Source: a virus
Taxonomy: Duplodnaviria > Heunggongvirae > Uroviricota > Caudoviricetes
DNA length: 64,000 nt
Virus record (IMG/VR): IMGVR_UViG_2724679237_000005
Coordinates: 32,001-96,000 of that record
Direction: 5' to 3' (one strand)
Shown: one piece after another, positions 10,823-20,778 of the stretch
Numbering within the stretch: the first letter of the stretch is position 1
Layout: each line of letters starts with the position of its first letter
The notes under the pieces: model-generated
Databases searched by the model: none
What the model was told of the DNA's origin: nothing
The model's input: the letters and a program-made list of their open reading frames with translations, nothing else
Program-made: the position numbers and the translations under genes

Positions 10823-11010
10823 ATAACACCTCTGATACCGTGTGTTAGCTTTTGGCCTTCTTTCAATCTGAACTCCGTATGCGCCGGGAAGGATCTACGC
10901 CTCAATACGCCTTTTTTGGTTAACCTTCCTAGATAAAACGCTACGGGATTTCCTTGTGGCGGGTAGGGCTTGTGAAACATCACCGTCTGGCCTCGTTCAA
11001 GTCTTTTCAT
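10819..11010 (-). CDS. small hypothetical protein
   Basis: short ORF filling gap between sbcD-like and sbcC-like genes; weak. Confidence 0.2.
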   Translation of the reverse strand: MKRLERGQTVMFHKPYPPQGNPVAFYLGRLTKKGVLRRRSFPAHTEFRLKEGQKLTHGIRGVI

Positions 11011-11051
11011 CGTGATGGCAAAGTCTCGAAAGCTCCCATAACGACTTTGCC

Positions 11052-12137
11052 TCACACAGCCTCCGAACTCTCCGCTTCGGTGAGGATTTCCTGACACAAA
11101 ATATCCAACTTGCTCAGATCAAATCCGCCGTCAGTATCGTGAACAATCTTGCAATAAGCAGATACCGACTCTCCTAGGCTATCGATTTTGCTGGTTTCCG
11201 TTGTGCTTGCTGTCCCTTCCATCATTGATGACTTACGGATGAAGTTGCACACGACACCTTTTGCACCCATTGTTTTGAGGATGTTCTGGTACTTAATGCC
11301 TTCTTCATCGTTCTCAATTACGGCGCGGAAACGCACGTAGTTGCCGCGAATTTGGTCATCAGCAACATAATCTTCCAGGTTAATGAATTTAGGCGCACTG
11401 GTTTCGTAGTGACTGAAACTGCCGTCCGGGTTTACGATCATGTAACCAGCCAGAGATCCAACATCTCCCCAATTTTGATGGGTCAGTGCACCGACACTGA
11501 TAACTCCAGGAATGACCTCTTTGTGGTTGTGGTAATGCCCACTAAGCACGAGACGAAAGCCGATATCCTTTAACTCCTGCGCATCGATACCGACGTCAGG
11601 CATTGTTGGAATGGCTTTGTTAATGGATGTATGGATAACAACGTCATGATTATCACCTTCTACGCTCTTACGTAATGCTTTCAGATCGCTGATAAGCTCC
11701 GCATGATTGTTACGCCAGCTAATCAGGTGGACAGTCACATCACCAATTTTTATTGAGTGTGGGCGCTTGCCACATACGATTACCACGCCGATAGAACTCA
11801 GCGATGCTGCTGCGTTGGCGCTATATACTGAATCGTTGGTTTCAAGATCGTGATTACCGGCCAGCATTACTACTGTCAGATCAAGCTCGTTGATAATCCA
11901 CTTGTACGTTTCAGTTACGTAATGCAAAACAGAAGGGGACACAGTTCCTCGGACGTGAAATGTATCACCGGCAACCAACATGTACTTACAACCGGCCTTC
12001 TTCATGGCGATGGCTGCTTCTTTCGTTGCTTCCAACTGTATTTCAAGTCTGGAGTTAAGCCCCTCAGCGTTCGTCGTGGAGAACGCATCCCATTTGTGGT
12101 AGTGGCAGTCAGAAATGACGCCGTATGGCAAAGTCAT
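11052..12137 (-). CDS. sbcD: SbcD/Mre11-like nuclease (calcineurin-like phosphoesterase)
   Basis: DCHYH, GDTFH and GNHD metallophosphoesterase motifs; AAAGGA RBS. Confidence 0.8.
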   Translation of the reverse strand: MTLPYGVISDCHYHKWDAFSTTNAEGLNSRLEIQLEATKEAAIAMKKAGCKYMLVAGDTFHVRGTVSPSVLHYVTETYKWIINELDLTVVMLAGNHDLETNDSVYSANAAASLSSIGVVIVCGKRPHSIKIGDVTVHLISWRNNHAELISDLKALRKSVEGDNHDVVIHTSINKAIPTMPDVGIDAQELKDIGFRLVLSGHYHNHKEVIPGVISVGALTHQNWGDVGSLAGYMIVNPDGSFSHYETSAPKFINLEDYVADDQIRGNYVRFRAVIENDEEGIKYQNILKTMGAKGVVCNFIRKSSMMEGTASTTETSKIDSLGESVSAYCKIVHDTDGGFDLSKLDILCQEILTEAESSEAV

Positions 12138-12391
12138 GTGTTTTTCCTTTGTGGTTATTTTGATACAAATTTTAAGAGCAATGAGAAGGTAAACAACTAT
12201 GCATAACGGTATGTTAGGAATGAAACGAGCGTCTTAATATACAAAATTTATAAGTAAGTATATACCTATTTGTTGTGGCGCAACTTTGCTTGTCTGTATG
12301 ACTAAAAATAAGACAGGATCACTGTAGAACGCTATGAGAGCTATTTTGAGGGGGCGTAGATTCTATCTACGCCAATATACGATCTGGAGGG

Positions 12392-13036
12392 TTACAGCGC
12401 GTCAGTGGGCTTTTTACGCGCTGCGTTTATGCTTATGACGCCAGCTTTTGGACGTGGGTCAACAAGGTTAAGCTCTTCTTCGCTGTGGTATTCGAGGTCG
12501 AACTCACGTTTTACATGTCTGATGTAGATTGCGGTGAGCAGGCTATCTTTGGTCAGAAAGTGTCCGTAGGATTTGCGGATCACTTCTTCTACCTTCTCGA
12601 TTTTCTCACCACCCATACAGAGATGATTAAACCGGCTGTGTTTCCGCAACATTTCGTCTACTGGGCCTGAGTAAACCTTGTCTACTTTCCCAAAACGGAT
12701 GATTTTCCCTGTGTCTGCGGATACGAGGCAAATCAGCTTGTCTGGTGATAAACGATCTCGCCACGTCACACCTGAACGGAGTGTGTTGAAGTAGGGAGCA
12801 TCCAATCCGATGATCGGTTTACGAAATGCGAGTAATGGAACGTACCTGATGCAACTGTTTAAATGAAAATTCACACCAGCCTTATCAAGTTTAATTCTGG
12901 TTTCGTAGATCGGGCACTTCGCCGCTATACCGCAGATGTCACAAAGCAACTTCTGCTTATTCAGGTTGGAATTTGATTCGATAGTGTAGGAGCCGTCTTC
13001 AAGACGACGAACCCAGCGCGTGCGTTTTAGATCCAT
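12392..13036 (-). CDS. hypothetical protein
   Basis: 214-aa ORF with ATG start; no recognised domain. Confidence 0.45.
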   Translation of the reverse strand: MDLKRTRWVRRLEDGSYTIESNSNLNKQKLLCDICGIAAKCPIYETRIKLDKAGVNFHLNSCIRYVPLLAFRKPIIGLDAPYFNTLRSGVTWRDRLSPDKLICLVSADTGKIIRFGKVDKVYSGPVDEMLRKHSRFNHLCMGGEKIEKVEEVIRKSYGHFLTKDSLLTAIYIRHVKREFDLEYHSEEELNLVDPRPKAGVISINAARKKPTDAL

Positions 13037-13235
13037 ATGTCATTTTTCTGTGATTGTTAGCCGAGGCAACGATAACCCACCAGGTGCGCCGAAGGTAGTA
13101 AATGCCTGTTTTAATTATTCACATATCCACAGGATAGATCCTAATAAAGAGATCCATAGATAGATCCTTGTATAGATCAAATAAGATCCCCGATCGCTGT
13201 AAGCCGCTCCACGACTGGTCTGAAGCCATGTTCAT

Positions 13236-13341
13236 GTATGCTGCCAGCGGTAATTGATAGTCTGTCAACGGTTCGCCGTATGCTGCCAACTGTTTTTGGT
13301 ATGCTGCCAGCGGCAAATCAAGTATGCTGTCAGCGGTTGAA
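13236..13341. repeat. upstream iteron set (4 copies of GTATGCTG(C/T)CAGCGG) of replication origin
   Basis: direct repeats at 13236, 13278 (degenerate), 13299, 13323 immediately 5' of repA. Confidence 0.7.
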
Positions 13342-13357
13342 TGACAAAGGTGTCCAC

Positions 13358-14452
13358 ATGTCCACAAAAAATAAAAAAGGTAAAAATAACAAAGAAGTAG
13401 AAGATAATCTCGACAACTTTGAAGAAGGTTCCCTTGAATTGTACACAGGGGAACTTGTCCCTAATAGCAACAATACAGTCCAACCAATTGCGTTGATGCG
13501 GCTGGGGTTGTTCGTGCCCACGCTCAAGGGGACAAAATACAGCAAGCGTAACAAGCCAAATGAGATCGATGCTTCAAAGGAGCTTGTTCAGCTCGAAGTA
13601 GCCCGTTCTGAAGGCTATTCCGATATCAAGATAACCGGTCCTCGTCTCGACATGGATCATGATTTCAAAACGTGGGTGGGCGTTGTGCGTTCGCTGGCAG
13701 AATACGGCGAACCTAACGGTCGTGTCGAGTTAAGCATCACGAAATTTGCGAAGTTTTGTGGCTATCCATCGTCACAGATCCGCAAAACACTCCGCGACCG
13801 GCTTACAAACAGTCTTTTGAAGATCATGCGTACAACTCTGTCTTTCCAGAGAACGTATGAAGAAAAGAACGTCGACGGCTCTAACAAGATCTCGCTTCTG
13901 ATGGTGCACCTCATCAATAGCGTGGACTACAACGAGCAGAAAGATACGGTGGTGTTCTATGCAGAACCGAAGCTGGCCGAACTATATCGCTTTGACCATA
14001 AGGTTCTTTTGCAGTTAAAGGTTATCAATAAGCTACCACGCAAAGAAACAGCACAGGCTCTGTACACCTTCATCGAAAGTCTTCCAACCAAGCCTGCGCC
14101 GGTATCGCTTGCTCGATTGCGTGCGCGACTCAATTTGAGTAGTAGGAATGTCAGCTCGCAGAATCAGACTATACGTAACGGCTTAAAAGCTCTCCAAGAT
14201 TTGGGCTATCTCGAATACAGCGAGATTAAGCGTGGGCGGTCGATCTATATCCAGATTCACAGCCGCAATCCAAAACTCAAAGTCGCACCGCCAAAACCTG
14301 AAGACATCGAACCCAAAAAACCAGATGAGAAAGCTGGGGAAATTGATGCCAAACAGAACATTATCAACAAGATAACCGAACTTTCGCAGAATTTGACGCC
14401 TGAAAATATCAAGATGATTGAGATCCTTTCCAATAGTCTCAAACTGCTTTGA
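13358..14452 (+). CDS. repA: plasmid-type replication initiator (RepA-like, iteron-binding)
   Basis: 364-aa ORF flanked on both sides by iterons; start set at ATG 13358 because ORF-track N-terminus overlaps the iterons. Confidence 0.65.
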   Translation: MSTKNKKGKNNKEVEDNLDNFEEGSLELYTGELVPNSNNTVQPIALMRLGLFVPTLKGTKYSKRNKPNEIDASKELVQLEVARSEGYSDIKITGPRLDMDHDFKTWVGVVRSLAEYGEPNGRVELSITKFAKFCGYPSSQIRKTLRDRLTNSLLKIMRTTLSFQRTYEEKNVDGSNKISLLMVHLINSVDYNEQKDTVVFYAEPKLAELYRFDHKVLLQLKVINKLPRKETAQALYTFIESLPTKPAPVSLARLRARLNLSSRNVSSQNQTIRNGLKALQDLGYLEYSEIKRGRSIYIQIHSRNPKLKVAPPKPEDIEPKKPDEKAGEIDAKQNIINKITELSQNLTPENIKMIEILSNSLKLL

Positions 14453-14985
14453 TATGCTGTCAGCGGTGAAATGTATGCTATCAGCGGCTATTTTTCTGAA
14501 AAGTATGCTGTGAACGGTTAAAGATATGCTACCAGCGGTATAGTGAGATGAACGTATGCTGTGAGCGGTAAATCATCTATCACCACTCAATGCTCTGTCA
14601 TACCTCCCCAGTGGTTACTAACCTCGAAGAGTGCATTCCATATAGGTTTGCGCTCACTAACATTCTATTGCTATTGCGCTGATTGCTTGTAGTGAAAGGC
14701 ATTTATTGCCTGCTGCTCCTGATAGAACGTATGCTGTCAGAGGTGTTTTATTGAGGAATTTTTGTTTGGATATGCTATCAGCGGTAATTAATGGCATATG
14801 TCAGACCTTCGTATGCTGCCAGCGGTAATTTTGTTCTGGTTATACCCATACCGGTACATATTATTCATGCAATGTCTTAAGTATGCTGTCAGCGGTAAAA
14901 AATCGAGTAAAGTATGCTGTGAGCGGTGAGATAGACTCTCGATATGCTATCAGCGGCAGTTGATTGTGTATGCTGTCAGCGGTGA
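14452..14985. repeat. downstream iteron array (about 12 copies of the same 15-bp iteron, irregular spacing)
   Basis: TATGCT(G/A)(T/C)(C/G)AGCGG copies at 14452, 14473, 14503, 14524, 14544, 14728, 14770, 14810, 14880, 14902, 14942, 14967. Confidence 0.75.
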
Positions 14986-15030
14986 CGACTATGAAATATG
15001 ACTGCGGAACGAGCCGCAGTCAGTTTGCAT

Positions 15031-15243
15031 TTAGTGTATTTTCTTCAACAGACCCCAAAGTGTTCCGGCTTTTGTAGTCAGTTTTCCTGTTTCTGGATCG
15101 TACATACGCCATTCACGCCGCTGGTGGACGATATACCCATCTTCACGTTCCAGACGCTCAAGAACGCCAGGCTGCTTGAAACCCTTAGCACGCCAGTATC
15201 CGCTTGTTTTCTCGATTTCCAGACCTGCTAGTGTTAATGCCAT
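15031..15243 (-). CDS. hypothetical protein
   Basis: 70-aa ORF. Confidence 0.35.
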   Translation of the reverse strand: MALTLAGLEIEKTSGYWRAKGFKQPGVLERLEREDGYIVHQRREWRMYDPETGKLTTKAGTLWGLLKKIH

Positions 15244-15578
15244 TATCCAACCTCCTTGCAGTCATCGAAAAGGTAGCTTTGCTGAGAAGCGTGAACGCCA
15301 TAGAAGCCCTTGTATTTGTTGTATACGAAGTGATCTTCTCCGACGCCGGTTAATTTGCCATTACGGTTTGTGAGATATGGGGATGACAATACTCGATCGT
15401 CACGCACAACATAGAACTGGTCGCCGCTGTCTACGACCATCGCGCCATATGGTGCTTTTATGACGTCGGTAAGAGCGCCATTCTTAACGTCGGCTACAGA
15501 CATTTCACACTGATAAACAGTGGTGTCGGCCACAACGATCGAAGAAAGGAACAACAGCGCGAATGGGATGGCCTTCAT
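15243..15578 (-). CDS. secreted hypothetical protein
   Basis: N-terminal signal-peptide-like segment MKAIPFALLFLSSIVVA. Confidence 0.5.
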   Translation of the reverse strand: MKAIPFALLFLSSIVVADTTVYQCEMSVADVKNGALTDVIKAPYGAMVVDSGDQFYVVRDDRVLSSPYLTNRNGKLTGVGEDHFVYNKYKGFYGVHASQQSYLFDDCKEVG

Positions 15579-15754
15579 GCTGCCACCTCTTTGATTACAT
15601 CAAATGCTGAATTAAATACGAGCACGATAGCCAAAGCGTTTATGACTACGTCGTTCACCGGGGAAAAGACTTTACGAATGACACCAGTGAAAATGCTGTC
15701 GATGACAAAAGCTATTGACACGATGAGTAACAAGTATTCAATAAAAATCTTCAT
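15575..15754 (-). CDS. small membrane protein
   Basis: 59-codon ORF (below ORF-track cutoff), hydrophobic, stop overlaps downstream ATG (ATGA). Confidence 0.35.
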   Translation of the reverse strand: MKIFIEYLLLIVSIAFVIDSIFTGVIRKVFSPVNDVVINALAIVLVFNSAFDVIKEVAA

Positions 15755-15793
15755 GATAGGTAGATACTAACTTATATAAATTTTACTGTAAAC

Positions 15794-16069
15794 TCACTCA
15801 AAAGTGCTGATGCTTAAAATACGCTCAAGATGTGCGGCATCTTCATCACTGATTTGTTGAGTCTCTTCTACGTACCAACAGTTGCCGTTATGCCAACAAA
15901 CACCATCATCATCAACCATCACTGAATCAGCGTCATGACCTGTATATTCAACGAGAATACGCTGGATCAGCGCGTCAGTTTCCTCGTCGTTAAGGCCATT
16001 GGCTTTGACCATAAAAAGCGGAAACACGTCATAGACAGTGCTGGTAACGATTCGAACTAAAACTCTCAT
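15794..16069 (-). CDS. hypothetical protein
   Basis: 91-aa ORF preceded by conserved AAAAGGAAAAATAC leader. Confidence 0.45.
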   Translation of the reverse strand: MRVLVRIVTSTVYDVFPLFMVKANGLNDEETDALIQRILVEYTGHDADSVMVDDDGVCWHNGNCWYVEETQQISDEDAAHLERILSISTFE

Positions 16070-16124
16070 GTATTTTTCCTTTTGTGGTTAGTGTTTACTT
16101 ATTTTGTTAGTTATGAATAGGCGA

Positions 16125-16550
16125 TCAATCTTCTTGTTTAGGGAAAAACTGTTCAATAACTCTGTCAACGGCTGTGTCTATATGGAGTAGATGCCACACA
16201 ACCATATCTTTGCTCCCCATGCCTTGTGTGAATATCACGTCATACTTACGCCATGCGCAGTGGAACCAATATGCTGAGTCATCAATTGGTAAATCCTCTC
16301 CCGCCTCTTTGAAGTATTTCAGCAGCATTGCTTGCTCTGCCGTTGGCGTTGGGCCTATTTCCTGAGCGTACATACGGATAAATCGCTGCCAGTCTGTCTC
16401 GTCGGTGGTCGGATCTGGTGGATTCATTTCGGCGATAGCGTTTCGTAGCTGATGCGCCCAATCAGGTTCAGGAAAGCCTTTTGATACTTCATCATCAATA
16501 ACATCCAGAGCCGCGTTTGCGGCATCGTAGAGTTTCTTAATTGCTGCCAT
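16125..16550 (-). CDS. hypothetical protein
   Basis: 141-aa acidic ORF. Confidence 0.5.
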   Translation of the reverse strand: MAAIKKLYDAANAALDVIDDEVSKGFPEPDWAHQLRNAIAEMNPPDPTTDETDWQRFIRMYAQEIGPTPTAEQAMLLKYFKEAGEDLPIDDSAYWFHCAWRKYDVIFTQGMGSKDMVVWHLLHIDTAVDRVIEQFFPKQED

Positions 16551-16613
16551 GTTTTACTTCTCCTTATAAATAGGAAAATAATCACCTTTGAAAAAAATAA
16601 AGCAAAGATATAT

Positions 16614-16880
16614 TCACTCCGATACAAGACGTTTATATGCTTCAATATCTCGCCGTGCTTCACCGAGCTTCCTCCTTAGATCCATATTTTCCAATTCAAG
16701 TTTCTCCATGTCTTTTTGGTATCGATCGCGGTGTTCTTTCCATGCTTTTCGATACGCCTTCATGTATGTCGTATTAGCTTTTCTCTTTGCCTGACGAACA
16801 GCATGGTGGTTTTCTATAAACCAGTCAGGGTCGTTAAATGCGACCAACGCCAACCACTTCACCAATCCCTTTGTCTTCAC
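16614..16880 (-). CDS. hypothetical protein
   Basis: 88-aa basic ORF; overlaps alternative small lipoprotein ORF. Confidence 0.3.
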   Translation of the reverse strand: MKTKGLVKWLALVAFNDPDWFIENHHAVRQAKRKANTTYMKAYRKAWKEHRDRYQKDMEKLELENMDLRRKLGEARRDIEAYKRLVSE

Positions 16881-16989
16881 CTAATTTGTTTACTTTGATG
16901 CCAACGTATCCAGGCTCCACGCGATCGCAGCCAGTAAGACCCATTGTGCAAATAGCCGCCAGAGCAACTGCAAGTAAACCTTTCTTCAT
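16834..16989 (-). CDS. small lipoprotein candidate
   Basis: MKKGLLAVALAAICTMGLTGC signal peptide with lipobox; 51 codons. Confidence 0.3.
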   Translation of the reverse strand: MKKGLLAVALAAICTMGLTGCDRVEPGYVGIKVNKLGEDKGIGEVVGVGRI

Positions 16990-16992
16990 TAC

Positions 16993-17193
16993 TTATTTCC
17001 CCTTTGCTTTGATTAATGAGTTGATAAACTTACGACCAGCAATAAGACCGATTACAGGAGCACCAAAACCAACGATAACTCCAAACATGACGGCTAAATC
17101 ACTCTTGGTAGAAATCAGCGACGGAACCAGTAAACCGTAGATGAGAGCCACTGAAAGGCCTGTGGCTACTGCCAATAGATAGATTTTGATCAT
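16993..17193 (-). CDS. small membrane protein (2 predicted TM helices)
   Basis: 66-aa hydrophobic ORF. Confidence 0.45.
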   Translation of the reverse strand: MIKIYLLAVATGLSVALIYGLLVPSLISTKSDLAVMFGVIVGFGAPVIGLIAGRKFINSLIKAKGK

Positions 17194-17253
17194 GTGTTTT
17201 CCTATGTGGTTGTTATGCGAAAATAATAAGTAAGTACTTATATATTTTCAAGA

Positions 17254-17281
17254 GATAAAAAAGGCGTCCTGTGGACGCCTT
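17254..17281 (-). terminator. rho-independent terminator after recombinase gene
   Basis: stem aaggcgtcc/ggacgcctt followed by T6 on minus strand. Confidence 0.65.
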
Positions 17282-17285
17282 GTGT

Positions 17286-18359
17286 TTACTCTTCTACTGA
17301 CTCGGTGGGGTTGTCTTTTGCTCTTCGGTCGTCGATTGCCTGCAAAGCCGCAATGATTTCAGCCAGTGGCTTCTCCCGATACATCTCGACGATCTGCGAT
17401 TTGGTGTATTTCTTGTCACCAATTTCAACTCGCCCGCTGGCGTTCTTTGGCAGGTATCCTTCTTCCAGCATGTACTCGACGAGCGATTCGATAACGTCGA
17501 GGCCACGAGTAGGATCGAAGTAGAATTTCCAGGTGCATTTGCCATACGGTGGTGCAACTTTGTTTTTGATGCATTCTGCGCCTACGTCCTGGCCGATCTT
17601 CTCTTTACCATCCTTCATCACCGATGCACCAAGACGGATACGTACAGAAGCGTAGAACTTCGGTGAATCCCCACCTGGCGACGTAGTAGGGTCGCCAAAC
17701 ATTACACCGATTTTTGTGCGAACCTGATTCAAGAAGATGATGCAGGCGTTGTATTTGCGTGCCCACAAAGCCAGAGTAGGGAAGTTCGCACTCGTCGCAC
17801 GAGCCAGTGCCGTATTGTCGTTCATGTTTAGCTGATCTTTGTCTTTGGCAGTGCCTTCAGCCATCTTTTCGAACTTCTCGGCTTTGGAGTTCGGAACCAT
17901 AGACGCAAGAGAGTCAGCCACGATACAGATTGGTGCTGATTCGGGGATAAGCTCTTCATCACGAACCAATTTAAGTATTGTGCCGATCAACTCTACAGAG
18001 TCTTCGAAGGTATCTGGCTGCTTGTATACCCACTGACCGTCATCCTCATCTGCGTTCAGGCCATTGGCGACAGCCAGGCCAACGTCAAAACTGTTTTCAT
18101 GATCGAGGAATACCGCCAGACCATCTTGTTTTTGAGCGGAGATCATCGCTGCTGTTGCAAGGAACGTTTTCCCTGCACTTGGAGGACCGAATACTTCGAC
18201 GATACGACCACATGGGAAGCCGCCATCGTAACGACCAGAAATAGCTTTGTTTAACGGTGGAAAGCCTGTATCAATCCAATGAGTTACTTTCTGAATTTCG
18301 TCGTTGCTACCGATTTTCTTTTTCAGAGCAAGTGCCAGTGCGGATTTTCCTTTTGCCAT
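17286..18359 (-). CDS. RecA/UvsX-like recombinase
   Basis: Walker A GPPSAGKT in RecA-like context, Walker B IVADSLAS. Confidence 0.8.
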   Translation of the reverse strand: MAKGKSALALALKKKIGSNDEIQKVTHWIDTGFPPLNKAISGRYDGGFPCGRIVEVFGPPSAGKTFLATAAMISAQKQDGLAVFLDHENSFDVGLAVANGLNADEDDGQWVYKQPDTFEDSVELIGTILKLVRDEELIPESAPICIVADSLASMVPNSKAEKFEKMAEGTAKDKDQLNMNDNTALARATSANFPTLALWARKYNACIIFLNQVRTKIGVMFGDPTTSPGGDSPKFYASVRIRLGASVMKDGKEKIGQDVGAECIKNKVAPPYGKCTWKFYFDPTRGLDVIESLVEYMLEEGYLPKNASGRVEIGDKKYTKSQIVEMYREKPLAEIIAALQAIDDRRAKDNPTESVEE

Positions 18360-18361
18360 GA

Positions 18362-18634
18362 TCAGGCTCCTTTTGTTTCGTTGATTCGTTTTAAAGCGGC
18401 GGATTCATCGAATACAATCGCATCGTGGTTAAGGAGTCTGGATACACGAGCGAGGATTTTTACGACCTGCTCGCTGACTAATCCAAACTCGCGATCTGTC
18501 GCTTTCATTCCGGCAGCGCCTAGAATTGACGGCAGTGCGATGACAGCGTACTCACCGTGATAAAAGACAATCTCTTTTGCCAGTTGGGCAGGGGTGGTTG
18601 TAGCGCCATTGATAATCGATTTAAGCATTAGCAA
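18362..18634 (-). CDS. hypothetical protein
   Basis: 90-aa ORF between recombinase and FEN. Confidence 0.4.
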   Translation of the reverse strand: MLMLKSIINGATTTPAQLAKEIVFYHGEYAVIALPSILGAAGMKATDREFGLVSEQVVKILARVSRLLNHDAIVFDESAALKRINETKGA

Positions 18635-19572
18635 TACCTTTCGAATGGAAGAACAAACACTTCAAGGTCTTCAAGGAACGAACGGAAATTCAGCTCGTAG
18701 CACAGTTGCTCGAATGCTTTCACGTCACGATTGCCTTTGATTGTTTCGATTTCGGTAGGCGGAAACTTCGTCTCAATCAGGTTCATTAGCGTGATGTTTC
18801 TCTTGAACGCTTCGAGCATTCGACAGCCTGTTTTCTCGTTGAAGGCATTCTTCGCTAGTTTGTTGAAGGCGGTCTTATGACGCCCTTTATTAACCACGAT
18901 TGAGCCGTCGTTGATGCCGCGTACCATCGTTGCGACACTTCCCCATTCATGCAGCAGCTCTTTCGCACCGCCAGCACCAATGCCACCAACACCGCTAATG
19001 TTGTCCGAGTTATCGCCTTGTAATGCTTTTGCTTCCAAAAATGCGCGAGGCGTGGCGAATCCTGTCAGCTCCGCAAATTGCTCAAAATTAACCTGCTTGT
19101 TTTTGGCGTCTTCACGCAGGCTTACCCAGCTTACGTTTTCACGAACTAACTGAAGCCAGTCGCTATCGCCTGTTAACAGATAGATGTGTTCAACGGTTGG
19201 CTGCGGTGCCATGCGGGATACCAGCAGCCCGGCCAGATCATCCGCTTCTGCATCTTTTGCAATGAGTTGGGTAACTCCAAGCGCGGTCATCATTTTGAGG
19301 ATGTATGGCTTCTGGATAGCAAAGCCTTCCTTCATCTTTTTCATATCAGGATCGTCGTCGCGATTTGCTTTGTAGTCCGGGTAAAAGTCGCGACGCTTGT
19401 CACTAAATCCATCCCAAAGAATCATAGGTCGGGCATGGAGGATGGAGGCATAACGACGGACGTTCTTAACAAAGCCGAAAGCAGCCTGTACTTCCATTTC
19501 GCCGTTGTGCAATTTGTCAGATTGTTGGTGGTAATAACCCAGGCTATTGCCATCTACGAAGAGATAATTCAC
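18628..19572 (-). CDS. 5'-3' exonuclease / flap endonuclease (FEN)
   Basis: LFVDGNSLGYY, AEADD, GDSD, GDNSDNISGVGGIG motifs; start moved to in-frame GTG with GGAAGGA RBS because a terminator hairpin sits inside the longer ORF. Confidence 0.75.
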   Translation of the reverse strand: MNYLFVDGNSLGYYHQQSDKLHNGEMEVQAAFGFVKNVRRYASILHARPMILWDGFSDKRRDFYPDYKANRDDDPDMKKMKEGFAIQKPYILKMMTALGVTQLIAKDAEADDLAGLLVSRMAPQPTVEHIYLLTGDSDWLQLVRENVSWVSLREDAKNKQVNFEQFAELTGFATPRAFLEAKALQGDNSDNISGVGGIGAGGAKELLHEWGSVATMVRGINDGSIVVNKGRHKTAFNKLAKNAFNEKTGCRMLEAFKRNITLMNLIETKFPPTEIETIKGNRDVKAFEQLCYELNFRSFLEDLEVFVLPFERYC

Positions 19573-19585
19573 CGGTACATTCCTT

Positions 19586-19614
19586 CCAAAAAGTAAGGCG
19601 TCCGTAGACGCCTT
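19586..19614 (-). terminator. rho-independent terminator after SSB-like gene
   Basis: stem aaggcgtc/gacgcctt then T-run on minus strand. Confidence 0.6.
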
Positions 19615-19632
19615 ACTGGTCACGTAATGGGA

Positions 19633-20661
19633 TTACAGAGAGTCCAGCTCTCTCAGTAGGTCATCCAGACCTTCATCTTCCGTCGCAGATGCGGTTGCTA
19701 CAGATGTCGCTGCGACTGCTTCAGACTCTTTGACTGATACGGCAACGGCAGCGGAACTTGCCTCTGGTTTAAATTCAGTTTCAACGGCACGGAGGATTTC
19801 TTCATCAACCAGACTGGTTGGTTCAGAAGCCGGTGTGTGCGCGGTTGCTACAGCCGTCGCTCCTTCTGTATGACCAGTGACAGAGCCAAATCCAGGTAGT
19901 GCCGCAGCCGATGTTTTCGCGGTTGAGGAAATTGCTGGTGCAGATGCTGCGGCAGTTGGTGCAGCGATGCCAATCAGACGACCCATAGTGCGAACTGTCG
20001 ACAGAAGACGAGTTTCATCAGCCTGATTTGCGTATGCGATCAGATCATGCTGGGTGTTCCAGAATTTATCTTCGATATCGCCTTTGTAGACTTTACGCTT
20101 AGGCGAGACGTCATATTTGGTATCGCGACCAGAGCCAGTACGTTTAATCAGGAATGCGTAGCCTTCCTCTTTGCTCAGTGGATTGCCGATATCATCAGCG
20201 ATGTCTTCGGTGATTGCTTTGCAGATATCATCGAATACAGTAGACGGCAGCTCGATTAACTGGCATTTCTCAGCATCTGCGAAATCCTCACGAGCAGAAA
20301 GAATGCCGTTGACCAGGTAGCGAGGAGTGGCACGCATTTGACCGATGCGTTCTTCCATTGCTTTGTTACCCTTGTGACGAGCGCGACCTTCCATCACCAT
20401 TTCGCATAGCTGACAAGCGCGACCGTGAGTATGTTGCTCACAAATATAAGCGTTGGTTGCTTCTTTACCTTCCTCGTTCTGATACTTAACGTAGTGCATA
20501 CCGAAAGTCTGGAAGAACTTACCGTTTGGGTCGTCTTTATTCGGGAAGATGCGGATATAGTTGACGCCGTCTTTTAAGCGAGTCAGATCAACGTTGTTAC
20601 CACGTTTGGCGGCAATGTCTTCACGAGTTTTGTTAAGCAAATCAAGTAATGTCTTAGACAT
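19633..20661 (-). CDS. gp32-like single-stranded DNA-binding protein
   Basis: IRIFPNK resembles T4 gp32 IRFLPSK; C-x2-H-x-H...C-x2-C zinc motif; acidic C-terminal tail; AAGGAGA RBS. Confidence 0.55.
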   Translation of the reverse strand: MSKTLLDLLNKTREDIAAKRGNNVDLTRLKDGVNYIRIFPNKDDPNGKFFQTFGMHYVKYQNEEGKEATNAYICEQHTHGRACQLCEMVMEGRARHKGNKAMEERIGQMRATPRYLVNGILSAREDFADAEKCQLIELPSTVFDDICKAITEDIADDIGNPLSKEEGYAFLIKRTGSGRDTKYDVSPKRKVYKGDIEDKFWNTQHDLIAYANQADETRLLSTVRTMGRLIGIAAPTAAASAPAISSTAKTSAAALPGFGSVTGHTEGATAVATAHTPASEPTSLVDEEILRAVETEFKPEASSAAVAVSVKESEAVAATSVATASATEDEGLDDLLRELDSL

Positions 20662-20778
20662 GTGTTTCTCCTTGTTGTGATTTGGCCGATGGCGCTATGC
20701 GCGTTGGGCTTTCGTTCATTCGTGGCTCTTTCGAGCTGTTAAATGATAGATCAGTACTTACTTATTATCTATCAAAAA

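Noticed and set aside
13236-14985. Possible CRISPR array suggested by many short direct repeats
   Set aside because: Repeats are 15 to 19 bp with irregular spacing, flank a rep gene, and no cas genes are present; they are iterons.
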